A stretch of 20,000 nucleotides of DNA from Jimgerdemannia flammicorona (taxonomy: Eukaryota), in contig RBNJ01000006.1 of the NCBI GenBank assembly GCA_003990765.1, positions 47,794 through 67,793 of the forward strand, written 5' to 3'. The notes beneath the pieces are model-generated. The model did not search any database and was not told the origin of the DNA. It saw nothing but the letters and a program-made list of their open reading frames with translations. The position numbers and the translations under genes were made by a program. Positions 9,369-20,000 of the stretch are shown piece by piece. The first letter of the stretch is position 1; each line of letters opens with the position of its first letter.

Positions 9369-9910
9369 ATATAGTAAGATAAAGAGTGTCAGGTCAAACT
9401 TGAAGTCAGCTATATCTCAGGAACAAATTTAGTAAAAGTAAATAAATGCCATTGAGATTTAAATTGTGGATGATAACAAAGAGCCCAATCTCAGCAAAGA
9501 GAATTTCAGCAGAAGAGGGAAAGTATTTCAGCAAAGAATATCTCGGGAGAAGAAACACGGCAAACGGAAATTTGGCAAGGGAAGGAAATCTCTGGAAACA
9601 GAAACTTGACGGGGGTGGGAAACATTGGCAAACGAAAATTTGACGGGAGAGGAAAATCTCACTGATGGAGACAAACGAAGAACTGGACAGAGCAATTTGC
9701 GTTTTGTATGATGAGAGCGAAAGCAAAATCCTTCAAAACTATAGAATATTCTAGGTTTCAACCGGATGGCACACGACATAGAAAAGATCGTGAATAACCA
9801 CCAAGATTGTGTGCGCACACAGGTCACTCGTTTGGGTCGAACCACGACGTCATCACACGAGAGTCGGCACTTGATCGTGTGGCTTGGCACACGTGATCTT
9901 TTACCCTACA

Positions 9911-10135
9911 TGTAAGCCCATTATGAACGTTCTGACGCAGTCCCTTCTTTTCCTTTAAGCATTACGTAGCACTCGCTGGCAACATATATAAATATCCTCG
10001 AGGAAAGAATAAAGCTCAGATATATTATAACGCTAGTTCTGCGTCAAGAATCGTTTCTGTCACATCGCTTATTCTACACGTGTGCGCTCATTCCAACCTT
10101 TGACGCATGTGGCGGAGCGAGGATAAACGCTTACA
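9911..10135 (+). repeat. Candidate short LTR-like sequence (225 bp)
   Basis: Perfect 7-bp terminal inverted repeat TGTAAGC...GCTTACA enclosing TATATAAATA (9985-9994) and AATAAA (10008-10013). No flanking TSD (CTACA vs GAACT). Confidence 0.3.
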
Positions 10136-12654
10136 GAACTAGTATTATGGACTTTCAGCGAGTAGGAAGTGAATGCACTTGGCACGAGACGTCCTATCTT
10201 TCACCTTCCACCTGTTTAGTGTTCGTATGACAACCACTGCCGATTTCATAAACCATGACAGCCACGTGAGTCTCCGTTTTGTAACGTGGTAAATGACGCC
10301 ACAAAGACACGCGCAATAAACGTCACATAGATGAGTCACGAAATGACGTCACGAAACACGATTAAGACGTCACGCAATAAATCACTGTCAAAGAACGCGG
10401 GTTCATATATAATTATTTTGTGATAATGGTACAACTAATACGACGCGTGTTCGAACATGTACAATAATAGATACCGAACTTCTGCCTTACATCACCTATA
10501 ACTATTATTTTTGTGGCAAACAATTCTCGAAATCGTGTACGCGTTTTGATGACGTTCTGTTAATCGTAATTGTATGTCAAATTTTGGAAACGTTCACTTT
10601 TCAGCAAGATCTTTACCACATTCAACTATTCTCATGCAATCATGGTAGTGGCAAACTTTCAATCCAAACCGTCTTATAAGTGTCTTGCACAGGTTTTCAC
10701 CGCCGCACTCTTTGAATTCAAGCTCCGAATTGCACGCCACTAAAGTGAGGTGCGCAACCATTTTGACAGTCAGCCACACGCGTCTTTTTCGCTTTAATGG
10801 CGCGCCCCGCACGGGCCATTGTGGCTGGGCCGCAGCCTTGCGGAACCGACTTCACTCTAAACCGGTTTCGATACCCTTAGTGGGGCCCAGATCAGGGCTC
10901 TCCTAAATAGAGCGGCGTAACGCTTTGGGATGTATATGCCTTCTGCGGACGGAGTGCTGATGTATGGGCTCACCGATTCGCCAAGATAGTGTTTCTCGGG
11001 AATCCGGGATCGCGGCATCTGGAACAGCGCATAATTCGCGCAGTTACTGGGACCGAGAGGCGCGAATCCAAACGGGCTGCATGTGTTCGTAACCGGGAAC
11101 AGTTTCCGGCCTCGGAACGCACATTGGCCCATTACGGCATTCCCAGCCAATCCAGCCCAAATCCTACCCTTCCTTAGAGGTCATGAGTGTGAAACCAAGC
11201 TCCGCATACTGTCCACAAGACCTGGCATTGGAAGGCTCATGGACATTCCCTGGAGGTCACAAGCACGACACCGAGGGTGGCATTTTCAGAGCCTAACCGT
11301 CGAGAACAGGTGCTCGGAAACACATGAGCGTGTGATCGCTTCCAAGCCCCGGATCTGCCCCTTTCTTTGAGGTCATACCAAGCAAGCTGCGCATCCCCGG
11401 AACCCCATCCTCGAGGGCAGGTGCCCTTCTCGAAATGTACATGACATCATGGTGGCTTTCCCGGCTCCCAATTCAACCCTTCCATTGAAGTCATAGGCAC
11501 GTACTCAATGCCGCAGCTCTGCGTGACAAATAGCCCTCCGGTATTTTTGGGGAGCGCCGAGGAGCTCCGTATGCAAACCTGCCGGATCATCCGTCCATTT
11601 CTTTAATCCGATTCGTTCGGTTGAAAATGGATTGGATTGCCTAACCGAAGTAAAGTTCGGTTCGTTTTGGAGGGGCAGCGGAAGCCCGGAACGGAGACCG
11701 TAAATAGGAACATTATATGCTTGTAAATCAAAATTTGGAAAGGAAACAGTAGAATTATACAATACTGTTGTCATTTGAAACAATCGTGTATTTTGTATGC
11801 CGGTTTCATTTAAATCGTGTAGCACCTTGTTGTTCTTATGTCATGCCTCGGCGTTGTCTCAGGTTTCATGCCGACCCATTCCTGTGATTCCCGCCTAACG
11901 TAAAGAATGCGCAGCAAAACGATGATGTGTGCACTATGGATCGGTGGGGATATTTGGTTGTAGTCGCCACGAGTTTCTGGGGGTTAATGTAGGCTCGAGG
12001 TGTGAAGAAAGTAAAGCAAATTTATTTAATTTTCGTCGAATCTTGCCTAGTATTCACATTTATTATAAGCGATTTGCAATTGCCGTGGTGATTTGTTATA
12101 GAAAATAGGACGCTTGGCACAATCCGAGTAAAAAACGGCAAAATGTGCCGACAAATAACAGCTGATGAAACCAATAGTTTTGGTGTTCGTTTACGTTTTA
12201 TTTCTCACGATCGACTGCCTCGGATGTGATATTACCGTTCCGCCGGGAAATGCAAGGAAACTGTTTCCCTCACAACAATATCCGTCGGCTTGGTCCCTCG
12301 GACCAATTTGGTACCGAATTGATTAAATCGATTTGAAAAGGCCGTGGAATAATAACAAGCTTTGAAATACGCTCCTTCAACTTGAACAATGTTTATACCA
12401 AATAAATGAAAATATTAAAATTCCTTCGTACAATACACGGTATACGTTTTCTATCATTCGCCTCGCGCGATGGTCACGCGCACCGCTGAAAAATATCCTA
12501 ATATGTTATTCGCAAGCGAAAGCTCATCTCGGTACCGCCCTTCCCTATCCTTGGAATATGTTTGATGCTAAAGTAATATTCCTGTAGCACTTCAAAACTG
12601 TTGCTAATGACTCCGCAATCACCCGAGATTTTGGAGATGGAAGAAATTTTCAAA

Positions 12655-12736
12655 CGTATAAAATGACGGACAATTAGGTGTCTTCCTCGGAAGAACTTGT
12701 ACCGTATAAAATGGCGGGCAATTAGGTGTTTCCCTC
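12655..12736. repeat. Direct tandem duplication, 34-bp core with 48-bp period
   Basis: CGTATAAAATGACGGACAATTAGGTGTCTTCCTC (12655-12688) versus CGTATAAAATGGCGGGCAATTAGGTGTTTCCCTC (12703-12736). Confidence 0.8.
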
Positions 12737-15700
12737 TTGCTTCATCATCTCTCGCTCCAACATGCATCACGTCACTAAAGCGCAGAGATTTATCTTGTAG
12801 GCTCTTCGGAAGCAAATTCTAGTCACAATCTGCCGGCAATCCCTGTTCAAGTTTCGAAATAGATGTAATTATCTGACTTGAGTGATCCCCATTTCGCCAT
12901 CAGACCGTCAATTGAACAAGCCTCAACGTGGACCACAGGAGACGTCTCAACACTTGACCATCTAGTCACTCTCAGCCACGCCGCGAGTATCAAGGTCATT
13001 TGGGCTTTAAAGGTACCCGCGAAGAATTGGACGCATAATGTAGATAGTTGTCAGCAGTGAACTCCATTCGCAAATCCAATTTTGACGAGATTGAATCTAT
13101 TGGGAGGTAAGTTGGGAATATCGATAAATAACCTGATGCCATTTTGTACTATTGTTGATAGAGCTGCGTAGTATTTCCTTTTCCAAGATGCTCATAGAAA
13201 TAAAATTTCCTTCGCCGTTGAATTTTAAATTTTCCACTAGAACAGATTTCCTCTCGTAGCCGTCGGAACGTTTACAGCGTTCGTTCGTGAGGACACTACT
13301 CACGACCAGTACTCATTCAAAAATACTTTAGCCGTCATTCATGTGGCTGTGGCCGAATTGATTGCTCCTACTGAGGATTTTTGTCTCCTGCCTCCCCGTA
13401 ATAAAATGAGGATTTAAAATCGACGTAACTGCATTGTGAACCCTATTTGATGATTCTACAAAATATATTATCTGTTAAAAATTTGATTATTCAATCATTG
13501 AGAAAACCACCCCTTTGAAGCCAATGCAGTCGAATCCCTCTCTTTCACCCAATTCGTATGCTCATTCAAACCGACTTTCCGAGAATGTGTCCTCATGGAG
13601 TTGTGATGCAAATATATTTTTCTCATAAAGATCGGGTCGGGTCGGGTTGAGACACTCTAATTTTGTGTTAAAATCTGATCACAGGACACTAAAAACGAGT
13701 TTCGCCCACTTATAACTCGATCGTGCGGCCGACAGTATATCTTTGGACATATTCCAAGTCGTCACCCCACCTAAACGTTTTTTTCCCAACGTACTGGCCT
13801 TTCCAATTTATCAACTTTGGATCGTCGTAGGGGATACAATTTTTGGAGTACGGATATACAAGAAGGTATAGAAAAATAGCGCACCCACAGAACGGTACCC
13901 GCCTTCGGGGTTCGGGAAGATCTCTTAGATTGCAAATTCTTCCTCGCCTGCTCATCCCCGCTCTCTTTGAAAACCAGGCTCTGCTTTCCATGACTGAAGC
14001 CGCTGTCGTAAAAACCCGAGGTTTAAAACGATATCGGATCCCCCAGTTTTCAGCTTACATCATAATCCCATAAGAACACATCTAGATTTTTGGTATTTTG
14101 TATTTCTCTCAGGTCGTCGGTTCGAATTAGCTTACGAAGGCCCCCAAATGTTGAAAATTCGTTGAGCAACCAAGATGACGACCCATACACTAACGCTTAT
14201 TTAGCTCAATGAATTGGGAACCACCCAAGACCAAGATGGATGAGAAAGTGTTGGATCGCGTCAATAGGACTAAGTTGCGGAACACTACTCGTTCTCTTGT
14301 TTGACTTACCTTTGATCGTTAAGATTTTACAAGAGGATTGGTATTTTGAAGGAGTGTCATTATCCGGAATTTTTGAGACAAGCTCAAAAATCAAGATTTT
14401 TGGGGAGAAGGTAAATGAAGTTTAGTCAATGGAAAAAAAATACTTCAGCTCCTATATAATATTCTTCGACCTGTCGAGAGACAAGTTCTTCAATCGCAAA
14501 ATATTGGGAGGGAAGATAGAAAAGCGCCTCAAAAAAATAGGCAGTGAATTCCATGAAACTCACTTGATTTCCAGCTTGTTTCGGCTGAAAATTTTCGTCA
14601 AGTACCTTCTTCGATCTTTAATATAAAAATAATACTAAAGTCTTTTCCTGCCTATTTCGATTTTCGTTTAATAACTGTCCGCACCGAGATTGGAAAAGAC
14701 TCTTCATAAACAACACGAACTTTTGCGCGTTCGAGTAATGTTTCTTTTGATCTAAAATTTTGTGCTTTAAAGAAAGCGAACAAGATAGAGCTTCGCAAAG
14801 TTGTATCTGTAGAAAATCACACACGTTGAGATGTCGATCGCACTATTTTAAAGCACACGCTTAAGTATCGATTTTTCCCGTTACGTTATAATAAACACGC
14901 ACGTCTCGACCTGTATGGGCCTGTTGATACTTCAAGACCGCTTGGGTCATAATGGCATAAAGCTTAAATTTCGGGCGAGAGAAATTTTTGGCCTGGTTGT
15001 GTCTATGTATGGTTGCACAATTTTTACCTTTAGCCATTGGAACAGGCAGAAAAATGGAAGGGACGGCGAAAGAAGGCATTATATGACAAGGGCTCTTCCA
15101 CAGGCGCGAGTTAACGCCCTGAAATATTGCCATTATGAATATCCACTCCTTCTATGCTGCTTCACATACCGATTTCTCTGGCGTTGCGTCTTCGAACCTT
15201 TTAGTCATCTCCGGCCTAGCGGGCCCTTCGAAATTCAAGTAATTAGTTGGTGTGACCGACGGTTGCACATGACGATGAACGTCAATGTAATATATTCGAT
15301 TTACCCAAAACAGATGTCCCCATAAACGTGCAAAGTCAATCTCCCAAACGACGGCATCCGCACCACACGTGGTGGTCTTGTGTAAAAATTTATTCTACTC
15401 TCAGGAATAGCGGGCCGCATGGCTGATGTAATCAGCACGGAAAATGTCATCGGCACGATGTCCCCGAATCGTACTTATCCATGTGGGAAAACGTGTTCTT
15501 GGCACGATAGAATTGTTTAATTTTGTTGGTATGGTTAAGGCTCGCATGTTATCGATGTCGACGAAAAGCAATACTAACGTTATATGGAACACAACGACCT
15601 GCCAAATTTCTGGTCAATAGCATTCTCAGGCTTGGTGACTACATCATGAACATATACCATACGGCCTTTGATTGCCAATAGAGGTTACTCCGCACTAGCC

Positions 15701-16566
15701 AATTACCCAACAAGGAACCCCATAGTTGTCACGTTTGCAGGATCGAACTGTTAATTTTATTTTATTTTATTTCGGAACCTTCCTCGTTTCTCCCATGCGT
15801 TTGCGATAATATATTCGAAATTTCGGCGTGCCCGAAAACCTAGTCCCCTAAGCTAAGGTGAGACGTGTCCAAAATAGGAGCACGTGAAATAATGACATAT
15901 CACACGAGACACCATAGATTTTCGGGCGGAAGTGCGGAAATCGAAATCTGGAATCAAAAGTAGATTGAAGGCTATCCGTGGCTGACGGCGGTTCTCCGAT
16001 TTGCAGGACCAAGGAAATATTTCAATAAAATAGCATAAATATATATTAAAAAAAGAGTGCGTTGATATCGAAATCGAGCATCTTGTTGAGAAAGATTGTG
16101 TTCCGGATCATTCGATCATGCACAGCCTTGATTCAAGAACAATATACGATTCGTAAAAATCTATTTTTAGGCCGTATTTTTTACATTTATCAAACGAAAT
16201 AGAAATGGAAAAATACAAAGGGGAAGCAAAACGAATGGAAATAAATTAAGAAAAGGTTGTCATAAGTGTTGTAAGGGATAATTATTGTAAACTCAAATCA
16301 TCATCAGGCTTAAAGTCCGTCATATTGTGAATCGAACGAGAAAAATTCAAAAACAATGGTGGGCATACACTGCAAAGTGCTAAAAAACACTTGTCAAGGG
16401 AGTACTGTTGTAATGGGTGAAATATAGAAAGGAATTGTTGCGAGAGAACACGGAACTGATTAGGGATGGGGTTGCGAGATAACACTGAAATTATTAGGAA
16501 CGGGTTTGCGACAGAACACGTATATAAATGATTGGGAATGGGGTGATAATTTCTTGGGAATTTTCT

Positions 16567-17490
16567 TCACATCAAAATCCCTTCAAATAAGGGATCCGCA
16601 GCTATTTGATCCAACACCCGATCGATGTGGTGTAACATTTGGAGGTTCGAGGACTGGTCCTGCACGAGTGCGCCGTATAGTAACCAATCGACATCGCCAG
16701 TCCATAACGGTGCGGTGGCTGGTACGACAAACTCATCTAAAACGCGATCGAACCAGCGTTTGTTGTCGAAGTTTGCCCGGACTCTGAGTTGTGCGCAAGT
16801 GTTGCGGAGCGAGAGGGCGTCGCGGGCCGATAACTGCTCAAATATCATGGCATGAAGCTCTTTAGGGAGACCATTTATGTTTTTGGGAACAACGGATGGA
16901 CCATTTGTGTTGATGGCCAAGTTGTAGAGTTTAGGGAGGTGAGGGAGGTGAAGGGGGGCACAACGGAGGTAGGAGCTGTCGGGGTGTTCGGGTAAATCCG
17001 CCATGCCGTAATAAGTGGTGGGGTGCCGACTGTTGTCGTTGACAGAGAGGAAGAAGGCGAAATATAACTTGGCAATAACGCGTGAATAAAACTCATTATT
17101 CATTATATCAGATCCCAGGTCGATAGTGTTCCCGTTGTACGAAAGACATCGCTCAAGGAGGCGACGGAAGCAGTTGGTGTGGAGCATGACACCAAACGGG
17201 AAACTTTCGACGTAGCGCGATGGGGCGACGTTGTAAATGGAATACGTGGGCGAAGGTGAATGAGCGGACTGAGATGGCCTATCCGGATAGCGGACGAAGC
17301 CTTGAAGGTCAAGTCTTCCGCCTGGCGGAGATATGCAGGCCGCCAAGGGATCATCGACGAAATGAGTAAGCACACGGACGTCCGTACAGTCGATGGTGTC
17401 AGAAGGCGTGCTACTATGAGTGCCTTGAACCTGGGCAACCGGCCACATGCCGCAGACGACACAGAATACAACGGTAATAGTGCTTGCCAT
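16567..17490 (-). CDS. F-box domain protein, 307 aa (N-terminal CxxC...HxxC region, F-box in the C-terminal third)
   Basis: Uninterrupted ORF; first ATG at 17490 (the track start at 17649 is TTG). F-box-like INGLPKELHAMIFEQLSARDALSLRNTCAQLR..W. FCVVCG, LHTNC and VDWLLY align with the neighbouring paralog. Confidence 0.85.
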   Translation of the reverse strand: MASTITVVFCVVCGMWPVAQVQGTHSSTPSDTIDCTDVRVLTHFVDDPLAACISPPGGRLDLQGFVRYPDRPSQSAHSPSPTYSIYNVAPSRYVESFPFGVMLHTNCFRRLLERCLSYNGNTIDLGSDIMNNEFYSRVIAKLYFAFFLSVNDNSRHPTTYYGMADLPEHPDSSYLRCAPLHLPHLPKLYNLAINTNGPSVVPKNINGLPKELHAMIFEQLSARDALSLRNTCAQLRVRANFDNKRWFDRVLDEFVVPATAPLWTGDVDWLLYGALVQDQSSNLQMLHHIDRVLDQIAADPLFEGILM

Positions 17491-19191
17491 CGAGGTCGCC
17501 GGTTGGCGGAAGGACGAGTTATCATTGCTTCTCCAGGCGGTATTTATTCTTTTCCAAATGGCGGCGGTGCTCCTTTGTGTCAGCACTTTGTTTTCTTGCC
17601 AAGAATCGATCACATTGCTGCGGTTGGCCCGAAACCTTCGGTGGCACAAACGAAGAAGGATGACTTTCGACTCTTCTTTTTCTTCTTATATCTTTGTAGG
17701 CAACAAGCTGGGACCTCCAATTATGGTGTATCATCGAGCCCAGGCTATGCCCCTCTATGCCTCCAAAAGTGCGCCGAAATTGTTGGATAATTGCAATAAT
17801 TCACCTATTACATAGCCGTGACAGGGTTGCTTTCATGGTGGCGATCTGAAAATGACCAGTTACATTCGATCTATGATATGCTTTCGTTCTCTCTCCGATA
17901 TTTATCGGCTTACGGCAGGCGGATTCGTAATTTTTTTTTTTTTTTTTGTTTTTTCCCATCCCCCCCCGCCGTTTTCTATTCTTGACCCCCAGTTCCCGGA
18001 CTTCGTGGCTCATAGGGTGGGCAGTGAACCCTGCCCCCTGTTGCTAACAGAACGATTTTTGACAGGCCGAAAATTTTAAAATAAGCTCAAGTCATCTCAC
18101 GTCAGCAAACCAGTTTACATTTTATTTCGCTAGGGGTCACCGTATGCTTCGCAGTCTGCCAAAGCGTACTTCATGCTGCGGATCATTTGAACGATCGCAC
18201 GATAACTCGTCTTTGACTTTTGCCATTTCCGCCGAATAATACATCTCGCCGTTCCGCAGATATGAAAGCAACGGGGAATATTTGTTTGGCACATCGTAAT
18301 GTGCATCACTTGTATTTTTGCTTCTTTACAAAGGCACCACAAAAAAAAGTCAAATGCTTGTCTTGAGTTAGGTATCGACATCTGGTTGCATAGGTAGGTA
18401 GCTTGGAGGGTACATTTGAACAATATTAAAGTCATCAGCGTTTATGGCCATCGATGTCTATATCGGCACTCCCTTTTTCTGTCCAATATAAATACTGCCC
18501 AAATCGATAGGCTTCAAGTGCGAAAAAGAACGAACCCCGGCCATCACGGTTATGTAACTGTAGATGCCCAACTGAAGTATTGTAAGCGGTAGGCCCTCAA
18601 GGTCAGCGATGGCATGCCTCGCTACCCTGGAGGATCTGCTCAACGCTTAGTCAATGTGTCGGGCACCCTTACCTTGAATTTACGGTTACTGCGGCTCGAA
18701 TTGTTCAAAGGGGGCTGATAACCATTTCGACCAAAAAGGCACTGATCTCAAAATGCCAGTCCTGCTACCTAAGATCACGGAGGAAGCACCAAAAACAAAG
18801 GCCGATTGGCTCGGAGATTGGGTGCTTCAGCACAAAACCTTGTCCTTGGTGGCCTTTTCCACATATCGCAGTGGCTTTCCTTAAAAAATTTATTTTTGGT
18901 TTCTTCTAGAAATCAACGTCATAGTCATATACATTGAATCAATAGCATATAGAAGTCGAAAACAAAGGACATAGTGCATAGGTAGTAAAGTAATACATGA
19001 AAATAATGAGTCATAATGATGGCATCCAATACTTATTCGAGCGAAATTTTTAGAGATCCGACCGAATTGAATATCTAAAGCTAAATATGGGAACGCTACG
19101 CTACTAACAAAAATGTTTAGCAGCCAGAAGGTGACCAAACGGCTACTAGTGTTCAACGAAATTTCCCTCCAAAACGTCTCGCGTCCGCCAG

Positions 19192-19983
19192 CTACACCCT
19201 CAGCAATCTCTGGAACGCTGGAATTGCTGAAAGCTGGTCCAACATCGAGTTAATATATGAACGTTTCTGTAATCTTTCCGGACGATTGTCAAGGACACAA
19301 TAGCAAAGCCAATCAACTGTCTCGTCCCAACCCGGAGACGGGGTCGAGACTACCGTGTGTTCTGCTGCCTCTCTATGCCAGATCCGATTACTCAGGCTGA
19401 GCTTGGCTAGGCTTTCGAGCCTGGCACATGATCGACGAAGCGCGAGAGCGTCTTGGGGGGGGCACATATGTAGAATTAAAACCAGCAATTCAGGGGGAAG
19501 CTCGAGGCGGCCTAACGAGCTCGTGGCACGAAAGGGGGACTCCGGTGATTGGCATAGCTTCGGAAAGCGGAGGGGTGGAAAGGACAGCCACGGGAACCCG
19601 AAGCAGGCGTCTAGGTTGTTCAAATAGGTGGGCGGAAGGCCTTGACGGTTTACCGTAGCAGCAAACGCCTCGTACAGCGCAACGGTTATCTCCCGAGCGA
19701 TAACGGGGTTCCCATGAAATTCGGAAGCAACGTTGACGGTTCTGCCGTTATGGACGTACTGGCATCGGTCCAGCACACACTCCAAGCACCAAATGTGTGT
19801 CACGATGCCCTCGTGGTGCCTGTTGGGAGCGGTTTCGTACGCTGCGTAGTGCCGGGGGAGGGCATGCGACGACGTTGGGGACGATGGAGGGGCCATATTG
19901 TAAATCCGCCCATAGCGATTCAGCAAGACTTTGGGCAGGTCTCCCAGTAAAAGACAACATATGGGGCAAAAGGTGTCAGTCAT
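19192..19983 (-). CDS. F-box domain protein, 263 aa, paralog of 16567-17490
   Basis: Uninterrupted ORF with ATG in A-rich context (AAAAGCATG). F-box-like LELPPELLVLILHMCPPQDALALRRSCARL..W. FCPICC, THIWC, LDRC..NG.T, LY.AF..VN, VDWLCY and LDQL.A.P.F are shared with the paralog. Confidence 0.85.
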   Translation of the reverse strand: MTDTFCPICCLLLGDLPKVLLNRYGRIYNMAPPSSPTSSHALPRHYAAYETAPNRHHEGIVTHIWCLECVLDRCQYVHNGRTVNVASEFHGNPVIAREITVALYEAFAATVNRQGLPPTYLNNLDACFGFPWLSFPPLRFPKLCQSPESPFRATSSLGRLELPPELLVLILHMCPPQDALALRRSCARLESLAKLSLSNRIWHREAAEHTVVSTPSPGWDETVDWLCYCVLDNRPERLQKRSYINSMLDQLSAIPAFQRLLRV

Positions 19984-20000
19984 GCTTTTTTTCTTTTTTT

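Noticed and set aside
13632-13647. (TCGGG)3 motif resembling transposon subterminal repeats
   Set aside because: No matching terminal inverted repeat or TSD found.
9400-16500. Short ORFs of 60-136 aa in the central region (e.g. 11505-11825, 14240-14626, 14915-15325)
   Set aside because: No recognisable domains or consistent exon structure by eye, and many begin at non-ATG codons. A spliced or decayed gene cannot be excluded without a search.
17491-17649. 53-aa N-terminal extension of the 360-aa ORF
   Set aside because: It starts at TTG. The first ATG (17490) aligns with the paralog's start just before the CxxC motif.
16506-19969. Overlapping ORFs such as 17260-17790 (+), 17103-17525 (-) and 19642-19950 (+)
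   Set aside because: They overlap the F-box genes, are explained by GC-rich codon structure, and are not conserved between the paralogs.

Overview
Eukaryotic, most likely fungal, DNA (style suggests an early-diverging or Mucoromycota-like lineage; this is inference) in two compartments. Bases 1-~9400 are a CpG-depleted nest of dead transposons. The largest is a 5'-truncated, degenerate Ty3/Gypsy LTR retrotransposon (+ strand, 1-7575) with an unusual layout: Gag tail, aspartic protease, a long acidic spacer with four Cys/His clusters, a five-motif dUTPase, a second dUTPase-like segment, RT, RNase H, integrase, an extra ~171-codon ORF overlapping the integrase end, PPT and 3' LTR. The LTR carries a 372-bp palindromic hAT-type MITE with an 8-bp TSD. 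The Gypsy element abuts an older AT-rich Ty1/Copia RT/RNase H remnant (7576-~8890), which abuts a second Gypsy RT remnant (~8900-9368). From ~9500 CpG content is normal and the DNA is mostly non-coding, ending in two intronless, paralogous minus-strand genes (16567-17490, 19192-19983) with an N-terminal CxxC...HxxC motif and a C-terminally placed F-box.
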